From a virus (taxonomy: Duplodnaviria > Caudoviricetes), in the IMG/VR virus record IMGVR_UViG_3300020195_001430, positions 1,290 through 65,289 of that record: a stretch of DNA of 64,000 nt. One strand, 5' to 3'. A program made the position numbers and the translations under genes. Positions 38,728 through 48,209 of the stretch are shown here, piece by piece; the first letter of the stretch is position 1, and each line of letters begins with the position of its first letter. The notes under the pieces were generated by a model. The model was given only the letters and a program-made list of their open reading frames with translations, was not told the origin of the DNA and ran no database searches.

Positions 38728-39963
38728 ATCCCCAATAGAATCCAAGAAGACCACAAAAAATTCAGAGACGTAATTTCTGGCCGTACACGCCGGGAACTCA
38801 AGCGTCTGATCAAATCAGGATCAATCATTCGTCAACGCCCCAAGGGCGGCAAGATGACTGTCAGTATCCCGCAGATTGACATCCCGCACTTTCTATTCGG
38901 AGACACAGGCAAAGGTGTTGGCCGAGGTCCGGGAAAAGATGGCGATGTAATTGGTCGTGAGCCGCAGCCGGGCCAAGGCAGCAAGCCGGGGGATCAACCG
39001 GGTGAAGGTATCAACATTTCTGTTGATATGGAAGATGTCCTGCGATTCATGCAGGAAGAGCTTCAACTTCCAAGGATGCGTCCAAAGCCGAATGAGACGT
39101 TTGAAGAAGTCAAAATCAAGTACAACGACATCTCGAAGAACGGCCCAGAGTCACTGCGACATACTCGCCGGACGATGAAAGAAGCCATCAAGAGAATGGC
39201 CACAACAGGAGATCTGTATGATCCCAAGATCATTGCTGGCACTAGAAGTCCCGGCAAGTTGATCACTCCGATTAACTCAGACCGTCGTTACAGACAATAT
39301 CAAGAGATCAAGATTCCAACATCCAATGCTGTTATCTTCTTCGCCAGAGACTGTTCTGGGTCGATGGATGACTACCGTTGCGACATCGTGTCTGATATGG
39401 CATGGTGGATCGACTGTTGGATTAGACGATTCTACAAGAAGGTAGATCGTTGTTACTTCGTGCATGACACCAGAGCTTGGGAAGTCAATGAAGAGGAATT
39501 CTACACTTACAGATTTGGTGGCGGAACACAGTGTTCTTCTGCGTTCAAGGCAATTGCTGAACAGTTGGAGAACAGATATCCTCCACACGCCTACAATGTG
39601 TATGTGTTCTACTTCTCTGACGGCGACAACTGGGGCGGTGATAACGAAGAGATGTTGAAGACAATCAAGGAAGAACTTGGTCCAAACAAAGTGAACATGA
39701 TCGGTATGTCACAGGTTTGTTCTTGGAGATACGAAGACAGCGTTAAGCACTTCTTTGATCAAGCGATCAAGAGCGGCAAGCTGTCTGATTACATGAGAAC
39801 GGCTTATGTTGGGCCAGAGGAATCAAAGGGCGACAGTAACTTCGGATTTGGAAACTGGGGCTATGCTCCAGATATGTCTGAAGAAGACAGAAACAGCCAA
39901 ATCATCGAAGCCATCAAATCCTTGCTTGGCAAGGAAAGTGCCGCCATGTCGGAGGTCGCATGA
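38728..39963 (+). CDS. yeaH: YeaH/YhbH (DUF444) vWA-domain protein with an apparent ATC start
   Basis: Family-like N-terminus (x)PNRIQEDHKKFRDVISG lies upstream of the first ATG (38854); MIDAS DCSGS, GGTQCSSA and FSDGDNW. Confidence 0.88.
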   Translation: MPNRIQEDHKKFRDVISGRTRRELKRLIKSGSIIRQRPKGGKMTVSIPQIDIPHFLFGDTGKGVGRGPGKDGDVIGREPQPGQGSKPGDQPGEGINISVDMEDVLRFMQEELQLPRMRPKPNETFEEVKIKYNDISKNGPESLRHTRRTMKEAIKRMATTGDLYDPKIIAGTRSPGKLITPINSDRRYRQYQEIKIPTSNAVIFFARDCSGSMDDYRCDIVSDMAWWIDCWIRRFYKKVDRCYFVHDTRAWEVNEEEFYTYRFGGGTQCSSAFKAIAEQLENRYPPHAYNVYVFYFSDGDNWGGDNEEMLKTIKEELGPNKVNMIGMSQVCSWRYEDSVKHFFDQAIKSGKLSDYMRTAYVGPEESKGDSNFGFGNWGYAPDMSEEDRNSQIIEAIKSLLGKESAAMSEVA

Positions 39964-40844
39964 GGTGCAAAGAAACAAGATATGGCCCAATGATGTATCC
40001 AGAGAACGACGACCTTACAGGTCGTTCTCTGGATTGTTATGGCGAGGCTCAGCAGCTTGAAATAGAATACCTAGAGAAGATCGTTGGTGAAGGTGATGTC
40101 ATGATGGACATCGGGGCCAACATCGGTGCCATTACAATTCCAATGTCAAAAAGAATTGGCTCAAAGGGATATGTTTTGGCTCTCGAAGCTCACTCGATGT
40201 TGTTCTATACTTTGTGTGGCAATTTGGCACTAAATGGTCTGAGTCACGTTCAGGTTTTTCAGAGGGCCGCTGCCGACAAAACGGGAAGTATGTTCTATTT
40301 CCACCACTTTGATTTCTCCAAGTCACAAAACTTTGGCAATCTCAAGTTGGCAGGTTTGCTCAACTACAAAGACGACAATGGGAATTCTTACGATAATCCT
40401 GTCACAGCGATTGCATTGGATGATCTAGGAATTGCCAGTCCGAAACTCATCAAGATTGATGTCGGAGGAATGGAGCCTGTAGTTCTCAATGGTTTGAGAA
40501 GAACACTCAAAAGAGCAAAGCCAATTCTGTACATTGATTTCAGACAGAACTGGCAATACATCATAGAGTATTTGAATTCTGTGGGATATGAGTGGGCTTT
40601 GCACGAGACTCCCTTGTTTAACCCGAACAATTTTCAATCTGTGTCAGAGAACGTATTGTTGGACGAAAGCGGAATGCCGCTTATGTCTTATGACTTGGTT
40701 TGCTGGCACAAAACAAAACGCCCCGATTTGGATGATCCGTACATTGTGGATTTGGAGAAGAGCGATGATCCAAGACACGTCCAAATTAAAGAGGTAAGAG
40801 ATAATGCAGACAGAGCAGCAGATTTTTCAGTCGAAGATGATTAA
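39960..40844 (+). CDS. FkbM-family methyltransferase
   Basis: MDIGANIG, LDDL....LIKIDV.G.E..VL.G. Confidence 0.88.
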   Translation: MRCKETRYGPMMYPENDDLTGRSLDCYGEAQQLEIEYLEKIVGEGDVMMDIGANIGAITIPMSKRIGSKGYVLALEAHSMLFYTLCGNLALNGLSHVQVFQRAAADKTGSMFYFHHFDFSKSQNFGNLKLAGLLNYKDDNGNSYDNPVTAIALDDLGIASPKLIKIDVGGMEPVVLNGLRRTLKRAKPILYIDFRQNWQYIIEYLNSVGYEWALHETPLFNPNNFQSVSENVLLDESGMPLMSYDLVCWHKTKRPDLDDPYIVDLEKSDDPRHVQIKEVRDNADRAADFSVEDD

Positions 40845-41832
40845 CCAATCGCTGGCTGCGGCCTACAATTGTATTCATACAGGACGACCAAACGAAGCTG
40901 CAAACATGCTTGGGGTCGTCCAACGGATCGAACCAGATAACCCCTTAGTCCCTGAGTTTTTTCGGCTTATCGCAGCGAAGAGCGGATTGTGCGATGAGCC
41001 GGAAATTGCCGAGTTCGGTAACTTTTGGGGCGGCGAAAACCTCAATGGTTGTACCATTGAGGTTTTTTGCGATCAGGGCATGGGTGATACAGTAAATATG
41101 CTGCGATATCTGCACCTCATGAAGAATCGTTGGTCATGTCGCATCGTCCTGAACTGCTACGCTTACTTTGAACAGTTCGAAAGATTACTCAAAGACGTGC
41201 CTTACATCCACGAATTTGTTAAGTATCACAAGACTTGCGATTACTTTACAGACATTTTCTGCTTGCCGACAATTCTTTCTGACATTAAATTGCCGATTCA
41301 ATATCCCGCTCATTTTGCTATGGTTCTTGAAAAGGGTGTGCCTCCGCAACCAATTTTGCCAGCGTATGCAACATTCTCAAGTGCAGACGCATTGAACAAC
41401 ATTCCAGAGAAACCGAGAGTTGGTGTTTCTTGGATGTCAAATCCAGAAAATCAACTGTCAACCAAAAAATCAATCCCATTAGAGATCATCGAGAAATTAC
41501 AGTCCCCAATGTACGATCTGTGGTCTCTTCACCCAGATGAATGCCCGCCATTCATGAACAAGATCAGATTGAGAGATCTGTATGATACAGCGGCTGTTGT
41601 GAGTTGTTTGGATTATGTGGTCTCGGTGGATACGGTGGTATTACATCTGGCCGGAGCAATGCAGGCTCCGACCTATGGCATGATTCCAGATGGCTGTGAC
41701 CCTCGGTGGGGAACAGAAAATGATCTTACTGAGTGGTATCCTTCTGTGACTTTAATAAGACAAGAGGGAGATTGGTTGTGTGCAATCAAAGAAGTCAAAG
41801 AATGCTTGGAATCCATTTTCAGAGCAAGATAG
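40804..41832 (+). CDS. TPR plus GT-B glycosyltransferase (family 9-like)
   Basis: DQGMGD, VGVSW..NP, DTAAVVSCLDYVVSVDTVVLHLAGAM and WYPS. Confidence 0.82.
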   Translation: MQTEQQIFQSKMINQSLAAAYNCIHTGRPNEAANMLGVVQRIEPDNPLVPEFFRLIAAKSGLCDEPEIAEFGNFWGGENLNGCTIEVFCDQGMGDTVNMLRYLHLMKNRWSCRIVLNCYAYFEQFERLLKDVPYIHEFVKYHKTCDYFTDIFCLPTILSDIKLPIQYPAHFAMVLEKGVPPQPILPAYATFSSADALNNIPEKPRVGVSWMSNPENQLSTKKSIPLEIIEKLQSPMYDLWSLHPDECPPFMNKIRLRDLYDTAAVVSCLDYVVSVDTVVLHLAGAMQAPTYGMIPDGCDPRWGTENDLTEWYPSVTLIRQEGDWLCAIKEVKECLESIFRAR

Positions 41833-41887
41833 GTATTGAGTCTTTCTTTTCGATCTTGTAGAATAAGGCATAGAAGGAGCTAGTGAC

Positions 41888-44815
41888 ATGGCAAAAGTTT
41901 CTAAAATGATGAGTGGGTCTCCGATCCTTTGTGGCGATAACACAATTCCGGGATTGAAGATTCACAAAGAAGTTCTCGAACAGATTCCCGCTATTGAAGC
42001 GGCCTGTAAAGGTATGGGTCTGGACTACTACCCAATCATCGTGGAATTCGTCAGATATGACGAAATGGCAGAACTCGCCAGTTATGGCGGATTTCCTGTA
42101 AGATACCCACATTGGAAATGGGGAATGGAATATGAAGAACTCTCCAGAGGTTACGAGTACAATCAATACCGTATCTCTGAAATGGTAATTAATTGTTTGC
42201 ATCCAGAAGCTCCAGTCTTAACATCACAAGGCACCATATCGGCTAAAAATGTTAAGACGGGAGATGAAGTTTTGTTAGATGGCAGAACAAGGAATGTAAT
42301 CGCTGTTGTGCGACAACCAAAAGCGAAGACTAAGAAAATTCGTCTTCGTAAAGGGCAAGAAATGATTTGTTCTCCAAATCATAAATGGAAAGTTTTGACA
42401 AAAAACGGACCTGACTGGGTTGAAACAAAAGATCTTAAATCAGGAGATATTTTGTTGGGCAACGATTCATTCAATATGGTTCGTTGGGACACTAAATTGC
42501 AATGGTCCTTGGATGATGTGTGGGACGACACTCGGCCAGCATCCAGACCTTGGCTTAAAAAAATTGTTCCGCCAGCAGAAATGAATTTGGCTTTGGCAGA
42601 ACTTTTGGGCGTGCTAATTGGAGATGGTTCGGTTGGGGTTCAAGGTGCAGAAAATAATTTAGCTGTAGCTGTAGGAAAAGATAATCGCCAATATGCTGAA
42701 CACGTGGCATCGTTATTTTCTGTTGTTTTTGGATTAGAGGCTGTAATCCAAGAGAAAACGGCTGGGTTGGTTGTTCTTTTGCAGTCTAAAGTTGCTGTTG
42801 ATTTTGTTGATTATCTTGGCATAAACAAAGGTTCTACATATGAGAACAAGAGAATCCCACATTCAATTTGGAAATCTCATCCGATTTTCAGAGCAGCGTT
42901 CCTAAAAGGTTTATTTGATACAGACGGATATGCCACTGATCAACTCGGCATGAGTTGTTTTAATATTAATCTTGCTAATGATGTCCAAATTATGTTTTCT
43001 GAGATGGGCATTCAGACTATATTAGAAACATTGACAAATGGCACAGGAAAATACGGCAATGAACTATTCATCAATGTTGTAGAAATTAGAGGACAAGCCG
43101 CTCTTAGAAAATTCCGGGACAGGATTGGATTCACTATTCCTTACAAAACACAGGGCTTGAATAAACTCACATCACGAATTTATTGTCGTGGCGGAGGGAT
43201 TCATTCTGAATATATTCAAAACTCTCTTTTGGAATGGGGAGAAGAGATGGATATTACATCTTATAACTGTCCGTCTCTTGGTCGCTCGCTGAATCAGATG
43301 AAAAAGAAAAGTGTTGGAAACAACTGTTTGCTCAGCTTTATTGAAAGGGCGGCTAATGTTGAGAAATATAATTCACCAGCGGAACTGTTGATGATATTAG
43401 AAAACCCAATGTTTGAGGTTCAAGATGTGCTAGATGGTGAAGAAACAGAAACAATTGACATTGCTTTAGATCATAACGATCATGATTTTATAGCTTATGG
43501 TCTTGTTACTCATAACACCAACCCATGCTACATCTATTGCATGGACTCAAACACACTTGTTGACAACGTGGACGTTATAGCCCACGCTATTGGTCACAAC
43601 GACTTCTTCAAGAACAATATTTTCTTCGAGCCGACCGATGAAAACATGATGAACAAGTTGGCCAACCACGGCACCAGAATCAGGAAATACATGTCCCGTT
43701 GGGGATATGAAGTGGTAACTGAATTCATTGATCATGTTCTGAGGATTGACACTTTGATTGATCCACAACATGCGTGGAGCAAGAAGACGATCAGAAATGC
43801 TGTTGTTAAAGACGAGAGAAGTTATCTGTTTCCAGAGCGTCTCAAGTCACACCACAACTACATGGATGAATGGGTCAACCCAAAGAGCTTCATCGACAAA
43901 CAGCACGAGGACATTGAGAAGCAAGAAGCCGCTCAATTCTTGGACATCTTCGAGAAGCCTGAGAAAGACATTCTGGGATTCATCAAGGACAATGCTCCTT
44001 TGAAACCATGGCAACAAGACATCATCAGTATGCTGTATGAAGAGTCGATGTACTTCCAGCCGCAACGTCAAACGAAGATGCTCAATGAAGGTTGGGCGTC
44101 GTATGTTGACTATCATCTGATGTGCCGAGAAGGTCTCTGTAATCTGGGGCAGAAGAAGGATGGCGACGGTATTTGGCATTACGCCGATCACAAGTGGCGA
44201 GTTCTGGGCGGCAAGTATTCCATGAACCCATACAAGATGGGATTTGAGATCCTGTTGGATATCGAGGATCGTTGGAATAAGGGTCGATTCGGCAGGGACT
44301 ACGAAGAGTGCCGTGACATCAAGAAAAAGGAAGACTGGGATTTGAAGCTTGGTCTTGGCAAAGAGAAAGTCTTTGAGGTTCGCAAGTTCTACAACGACTA
44401 CACAGCAATTCAAGAGTTCTTCACGCCAGAGTTGTGTGAGAAGAAGCAATTCTTTGAATGGCGTCTCTTCCCTAACGGCGAATACAAGATCATCAACCGG
44501 GACTTCAAGACGATCAAGCAGAAACTGTTGAAGAGATACTTGAATGGTGGCTTGCCAGACATCAGACTTACTGATCCAAATCACTTGGGCAAGGGCTGGT
44601 TCTTCATCAAGCACATGTGGGACGGTCGTCCTCTGGAAGAACGATACGCCAGAGAAACAATCATCTCATTGTTCAAGCTGTGGCAGAATACGATTATTCT
44701 GTCTACACAAACGATGGAAGACAAGGAGTTTGTCTACATCTGTGATGGAACTAATCCTGACAAGGATGTTCACCTTCTGACACGTGAAGAATACGAAAAG
44801 GATTTCATGCGATGA
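41888..44815 (+). CDS. spoVR: SpoVR/YcgB family protein containing an intein
   Basis: GFPVRYPHWKWG, EMVIN|TNPC, AHAIGHNDFFKNN, YFQPQRQTKMLNEGWASY and NPYKMG. Confidence 0.93.
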   Translation: MAKVSKMMSGSPILCGDNTIPGLKIHKEVLEQIPAIEAACKGMGLDYYPIIVEFVRYDEMAELASYGGFPVRYPHWKWGMEYEELSRGYEYNQYRISEMVINCLHPEAPVLTSQGTISAKNVKTGDEVLLDGRTRNVIAVVRQPKAKTKKIRLRKGQEMICSPNHKWKVLTKNGPDWVETKDLKSGDILLGNDSFNMVRWDTKLQWSLDDVWDDTRPASRPWLKKIVPPAEMNLALAELLGVLIGDGSVGVQGAENNLAVAVGKDNRQYAEHVASLFSVVFGLEAVIQEKTAGLVVLLQSKVAVDFVDYLGINKGSTYENKRIPHSIWKSHPIFRAAFLKGLFDTDGYATDQLGMSCFNINLANDVQIMFSEMGIQTILETLTNGTGKYGNELFINVVEIRGQAALRKFRDRIGFTIPYKTQGLNKLTSRIYCRGGGIHSEYIQNSLLEWGEEMDITSYNCPSLGRSLNQMKKKSVGNNCLLSFIERAANVEKYNSPAELLMILENPMFEVQDVLDGEETETIDIALDHNDHDFIAYGLVTHNTNPCYIYCMDSNTLVDNVDVIAHAIGHNDFFKNNIFFEPTDENMMNKLANHGTRIRKYMSRWGYEVVTEFIDHVLRIDTLIDPQHAWSKKTIRNAVVKDERSYLFPERLKSHHNYMDEWVNPKSFIDKQHEDIEKQEAAQFLDIFEKPEKDILGFIKDNAPLKPWQQDIISMLYEESMYFQPQRQTKMLNEGWASYVDYHLMCREGLCNLGQKKDGDGIWHYADHKWRVLGGKYSMNPYKMGFEILLDIEDRWNKGRFGRDYEECRDIKKKEDWDLKLGLGKEKVFEVRKFYNDYTAIQEFFTPELCEKKQFFEWRLFPNGEYKIINRDFKTIKQKLLKRYLNGGLPDIRLTDPNHLGKGWFFIKHMWDGRPLEERYARETIISLFKLWQNTIILSTQTMEDKEFVYICDGTNPDKDVHLLTREEYEKDFMR
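42194..43516 (+). mobile_element. intein (441 aa) with LAGLIDADG homing endonuclease, inside SpoVR
   Basis: Cys1 (CLHPEAPV), block B SPNH, LLGVLIGDG and FLKGLFDTDG, terminal THN with Thr+1. Confidence 0.92.
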
Positions 44816-45315
44816 GAAACAGAAAAGAACGTAGTGAATTAGCCAAAGCGAATGGCAGGGCCAGAAATCTTGAAAGAAGGACAACATCTGAGGCTCAGAT
44901 GTCTAAGTCTCTTCACAAGAGCGGCTGGACTACACATTGTGGGACTTGGTTCAAAGACGACATTAAGGCTGGTTCAATTCACGAGGCATGTAAAATGCAG
45001 AGTGATTTGGCAAAGAATGCAAATGTTGTATTGGCTGAACAGATGACACAACATTTGCAAGAATCAGGTTGGGTGAAATGCGAATCTCACAATGCTTGGA
45101 AGAGAAAAAATTGGAGAGAGGCGATCACGACCTACAAGAACAAACTGATGTTCAGCGAATGGGACGACAGCATTGTGGGCCGTCATAGCATCTGGGTTAG
45201 TATGCCACGGACTCGTGAATTCGACCCAGAAGAATTCTATGTTGCAAAGCTGAAAGATGCTTACAGACAACAACTTAAGATTGATGCAGACGCATTAGAA
45301 GAAGTTGAAGTTTAG
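44812..45315 (+). CDS. hypothetical protein
   Basis: ATGA overlap with spoVR. Confidence 0.65.
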   Translation: MRNRKERSELAKANGRARNLERRTTSEAQMSKSLHKSGWTTHCGTWFKDDIKAGSIHEACKMQSDLAKNANVVLAEQMTQHLQESGWVKCESHNAWKRKNWREAITTYKNKLMFSEWDDSIVGRHSIWVSMPRTREFDPEEFYVAKLKDAYRQQLKIDADALEEVEV

Positions 45316-45319
45316 ATAA

Positions 45320-45353
45320 CAAAAAAGCCAGTCTCACGACTGGCTTTTTTGTT
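45320..45353. terminator. bidirectional intrinsic terminator
   Basis: AAAAAAGCCAGTC-TCAC-GACTGGCTTTTTT between convergent genes. Confidence 0.88.
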
Positions 45354-45741
45354 ATCTTCTTGGAGTCCTGCTATGAATTTCCTGTGTCATTTTTGACACT
45401 GCATCTCGGCCACCATTGGTCCACCATTTGCCAAATTGTTCTTGATCGCCGAAGCCCCATTGTCTTAGTTGACCAAGCATCTTCCAAGATAATGGTTGTT
45501 CTGATCCTTGGAATTCATTTGGTTGATTGTACATGTTGGCATTTGCAGCAATGTTGGGCATAGTCTGCATAGGATCTCCGCCATGTGCGATTGTATTTTG
45601 CACGAATCTTTGGATGTCATCCATGCGAGGATTGCCTCTAAAGTTGCTGGCAGGATCTCTAAGTGTTGGATTTTGCCAAAACGTGCTGGCTTCATTGTTT
45701 ATCTTGTCTTGAAGCCATTCTGTGAAAAGTTTCTGTGCCAT
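45352..45741 (-). CDS. hypothetical protein, CTS-like N-terminus
   Basis: MAQKLFTEWLQ; RBS AGGAG. Confidence 0.65.
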   Translation of the reverse strand: MAQKLFTEWLQDKINNEASTFWQNPTLRDPASNFRGNPRMDDIQRFVQNTIAHGGDPMQTMPNIAANANMYNQPNEFQGSEQPLSWKMLGQLRQWGFGDQEQFGKWWTNGGRDAVSKMTQEIHSRTPRR

Positions 45742-45749
45742 TTCTCTCC

Positions 45750-46199
45750 TTATTCTTGTCCGAATGTACCGGGGCCAGCCATTTGAGAACCGTTAGATGG
45801 AATCATGTTCGGGTGTTGCTTCATTGCTTGAAGATAACGTGGATCTCCGGTAGCCATACCTAAACCAGTTTCTTCTTGTGGCGGAACTTCTTTATCCATC
45901 TTAACTTTGTCCCACTTCCTTTTGAAATCAGACCACATCTTCTTGAACTGGCTAGTTTTGGTCCCAGCTTCTGCCTGTTGTGGCAAAACACTGTCCAAAT
46001 GCTCCAATCCGGCATCAATGGCTGATATTCGATCTGCGTCTTTAGCCAACTTAGGCTCTTGAGCATCGACTTGTGGCTGCATATTCGTGCGTTTGACCTC
46101 ATCGGAGGCAGGTGTTTCACTGCCACGATTGATCATTAGTTCTGGGGACATTCCGCCCAGACTCATTTCTTGGTCTTCGATCCATGTCTTAAAGCTCAT
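45750..46199 (-). CDS. hypothetical protein, CTS-like N-terminus
   Basis: MSFKTWIEDQE; TATAGATA 5 nt upstream. Confidence 0.65.
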   Translation of the reverse strand: MSFKTWIEDQEMSLGGMSPELMINRGSETPASDEVKRTNMQPQVDAQEPKLAKDADRISAIDAGLEHLDSVLPQQAEAGTKTSQFKKMWSDFKRKWDKVKMDKEVPPQEETGLGMATGDPRYLQAMKQHPNMIPSNGSQMAGPGTFGQE

Positions 46200-46257
46200 G
46201 GTATTATCTATAGACTCAACTGACGATTTTGGTTAAAGTCTTCTTTTCTAAGGAGGC

Positions 46258-46965
46258 ATGATGCCAGAACAAACCAACCTACAAGACCAGCATTTCAATG
46301 TCCGACTGAAGGTATCTGATGTTTGGACCAAGATGATGGTCGAGTTTCTTAAAGAAACGGGCCATATCGAAGATTACAGAGAATCAACTCTGGACGAAGA
46401 CAAGAACCTGTTGATCGACTACTGGTTCAAATATCCAGACGAAAAGGAGTTCGTCCCCATCGCTTTCAAATTGCGAATCGACCCTGCCAGAAGGGACATC
46501 CCAGTTGTTTACAGCCAGCCGTTCTATGGCACAAATGGGGAGAAGACAGTTCTTGGCCGTGACTTCCGGTGTTTGCAGGGACAAGTGCGTGAGTATTATG
46601 TTGCTGTAAAGAACGCCGAGAAGGAGTTCTGTGAAATTTACAGAATCTCAAAGGAAACTTTGTCTCCCAAAATCGACGAGATGATTGCATCTTGGAAAAC
46701 AGACGAGAATATCTCCAGCCAGTTCATCGCTTTTGACAAGCTTACAGAAGCTCGAAACGAAATTCTCTTAAAGAACTTGAACTGGGGGAAGGGAGTTCGT
46801 AAGATATGGCAGACGAGCAACGGAGAGATTTGGTGGCAGAAGAATCCCGGCGAGAAGTTCTCCAAAATCAATCTGTATGTTCCTGAGAGCTTTAAGGAAG
46901 AAAGTTTTCAGATTCCGACCGCTGCTTACCAGAGAATGCTTGAGAAATCCAAGCAAGATTCTTAA
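46258..46965 (+). CDS. PD-(D/E)xK-like protein, paralog of 2416..3195
   Basis: IDYW...IAFKLR...DI...GRDF...YYV...EIY pattern shared with 2416..3195. Confidence 0.55.
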   Translation: MMPEQTNLQDQHFNVRLKVSDVWTKMMVEFLKETGHIEDYRESTLDEDKNLLIDYWFKYPDEKEFVPIAFKLRIDPARRDIPVVYSQPFYGTNGEKTVLGRDFRCLQGQVREYYVAVKNAEKEFCEIYRISKETLSPKIDEMIASWKTDENISSQFIAFDKLTEARNEILLKNLNWGKGVRKIWQTSNGEIWWQKNPGEKFSKINLYVPESFKEESFQIPTAAYQRMLEKSKQDS

Positions 46966-47009
46966 AGAAAACAGGGTCTTTTTGCGAACATCAAAGCAGG
47001 AGAAATACG

Positions 47010-48209
47010 ATGTCACAGCAACAATTACTAATTCCTCAAAAGATCAATGTCGGCTTCCAAAATCGGGGCGACACCTACACGGCCAAACTTGGCTATGTGA
47101 TCTATTACGATCACAAGGGCGTGCTTCGCAAGGAAAAATCTTGGCAGGGATGGCGTGATCAGAAGATCGCTCCGCAAGAGTTTCAGAACGTGCCGACAGA
47201 AGGCTTCGTTCTCAACAGGAAGGTCGGTGGCTACAAGAGCGATTGGAATTATCGCAGTGCCAAGATCAGGATCTATGATCCTCGTGACTGGGAGTTCGAG
47301 ATCACGCTCGAAAACCTGTTGTTCATTCTTGCGGTTGGTGATTGTAGCCGTGGCAAAGGTCTGGAAGGTCAGTTTGTTTATGCTTGGGATGGCACAGAAC
47401 TTGTGCTGTTGCCTGTAGCTTCTGTTGATTACAAGAAGTCCACAGAATACACAGAATTGCAAGCCTGCAAAGTGAAGGCCAAGGAACTCATTCCCGGAGC
47501 TTCCTACAAGACCAAGAAGCAAGAGGTCTACGTTTATCTGGGTAAGTTCGTCAAGCACGTTGTCCATAGCAACAACACTTGGGAAAAGGAAAAGACAGGC
47601 CCTCGACAACTCTTCTGGGACGGCAATAACTTTGTCTTCCTGACCAGCATGGCCACGATTGCCACTCTTCATTCCGATGCGATTTCTCCAGATTATGCGG
47701 AGCTTGTTGACAAGTACAACAAGTCTATCTGGGGCAGCAAACCAGTCAAGTTCTTTACCAAAAAGGCAAAGAAGGCGACGAGAAAAGATGGTTATCACTA
47801 TGGGGAGAACTGGGTCAAAGAAGAACCAGATGGTTCTTACTTGTTCTGTTCATCTTCTTTTGAACAGAAATACGACCAATCCGCCAAAAGATATGTTCAT
47901 TCGACAGAACCAACCCAAATTACCATCAACACGAAGTTGTCTATCAAAGACGACATTTTGCATTCTGAATCTTGGGGCAAATCTTGTTACAAAGACAAGA
48001 CTGCTCATGAGCACCAGAAGCGGCAGTATCGTTATTATGGTCCAGAATACCAAAACAGATTTTTCGACAATTGGATCGAACCAACTGGACTTGCATTGTG
48101 GGTCGAACTAGAAAGCGGCTCCAAGTTCCAGATGTCAAATTCAAGCTTGATTGATCACACCAAAACCAAGGAGACATACGAAGATGACGACGAAGACGAA
48201 GACTACTAA
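47010..48209 (+). CDS. conserved large-phage hypothetical protein
   Basis: IPQKINVGFQ...KLGYVIY...NVPTEGFVLN...YDPRDWEFEIT pattern, recalled from large-phage proteins; RBS AGGAG. Confidence 0.7.
   Translation: MSQQQLLIPQKINVGFQNRGDTYTAKLGYVIYYDHKGVLRKEKSWQGWRDQKIAPQEFQNVPTEGFVLNRKVGGYKSDWNYRSAKIRIYDPRDWEFEITLENLLFILAVGDCSRGKGLEGQFVYAWDGTELVLLPVASVDYKKSTEYTELQACKVKAKELIPGASYKTKKQEVYVYLGKFVKHVVHSNNTWEKEKTGPRQLFWDGNNFVFLTSMATIATLHSDAISPDYAELVDKYNKSIWGSKPVKFFTKKAKKATRKDGYHYGENWVKEEPDGSYLFCSSSFEQKYDQSAKRYVHSTEPTQITINTKLSIKDDILHSESWGKSCYKDKTAHEHQKRQYRYYGPEYQNRFFDNWIEPTGLALWVELESGSKFQMSNSSLIDHTKTKETYEDDDEDEDY

Noticed and set aside
38548-38730. Translational bypass or intron linking ATG CCT AAC AGC ATA (MPNSI, 38548) to yeaH (xPNRI)
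   Set aside because: The resemblance is only a few codons, no intron core or matched take-off and landing signals are evident, and yeaH has its own RBS. The nearby 11-bp tandem TGGCGATTAAT looks like decay.
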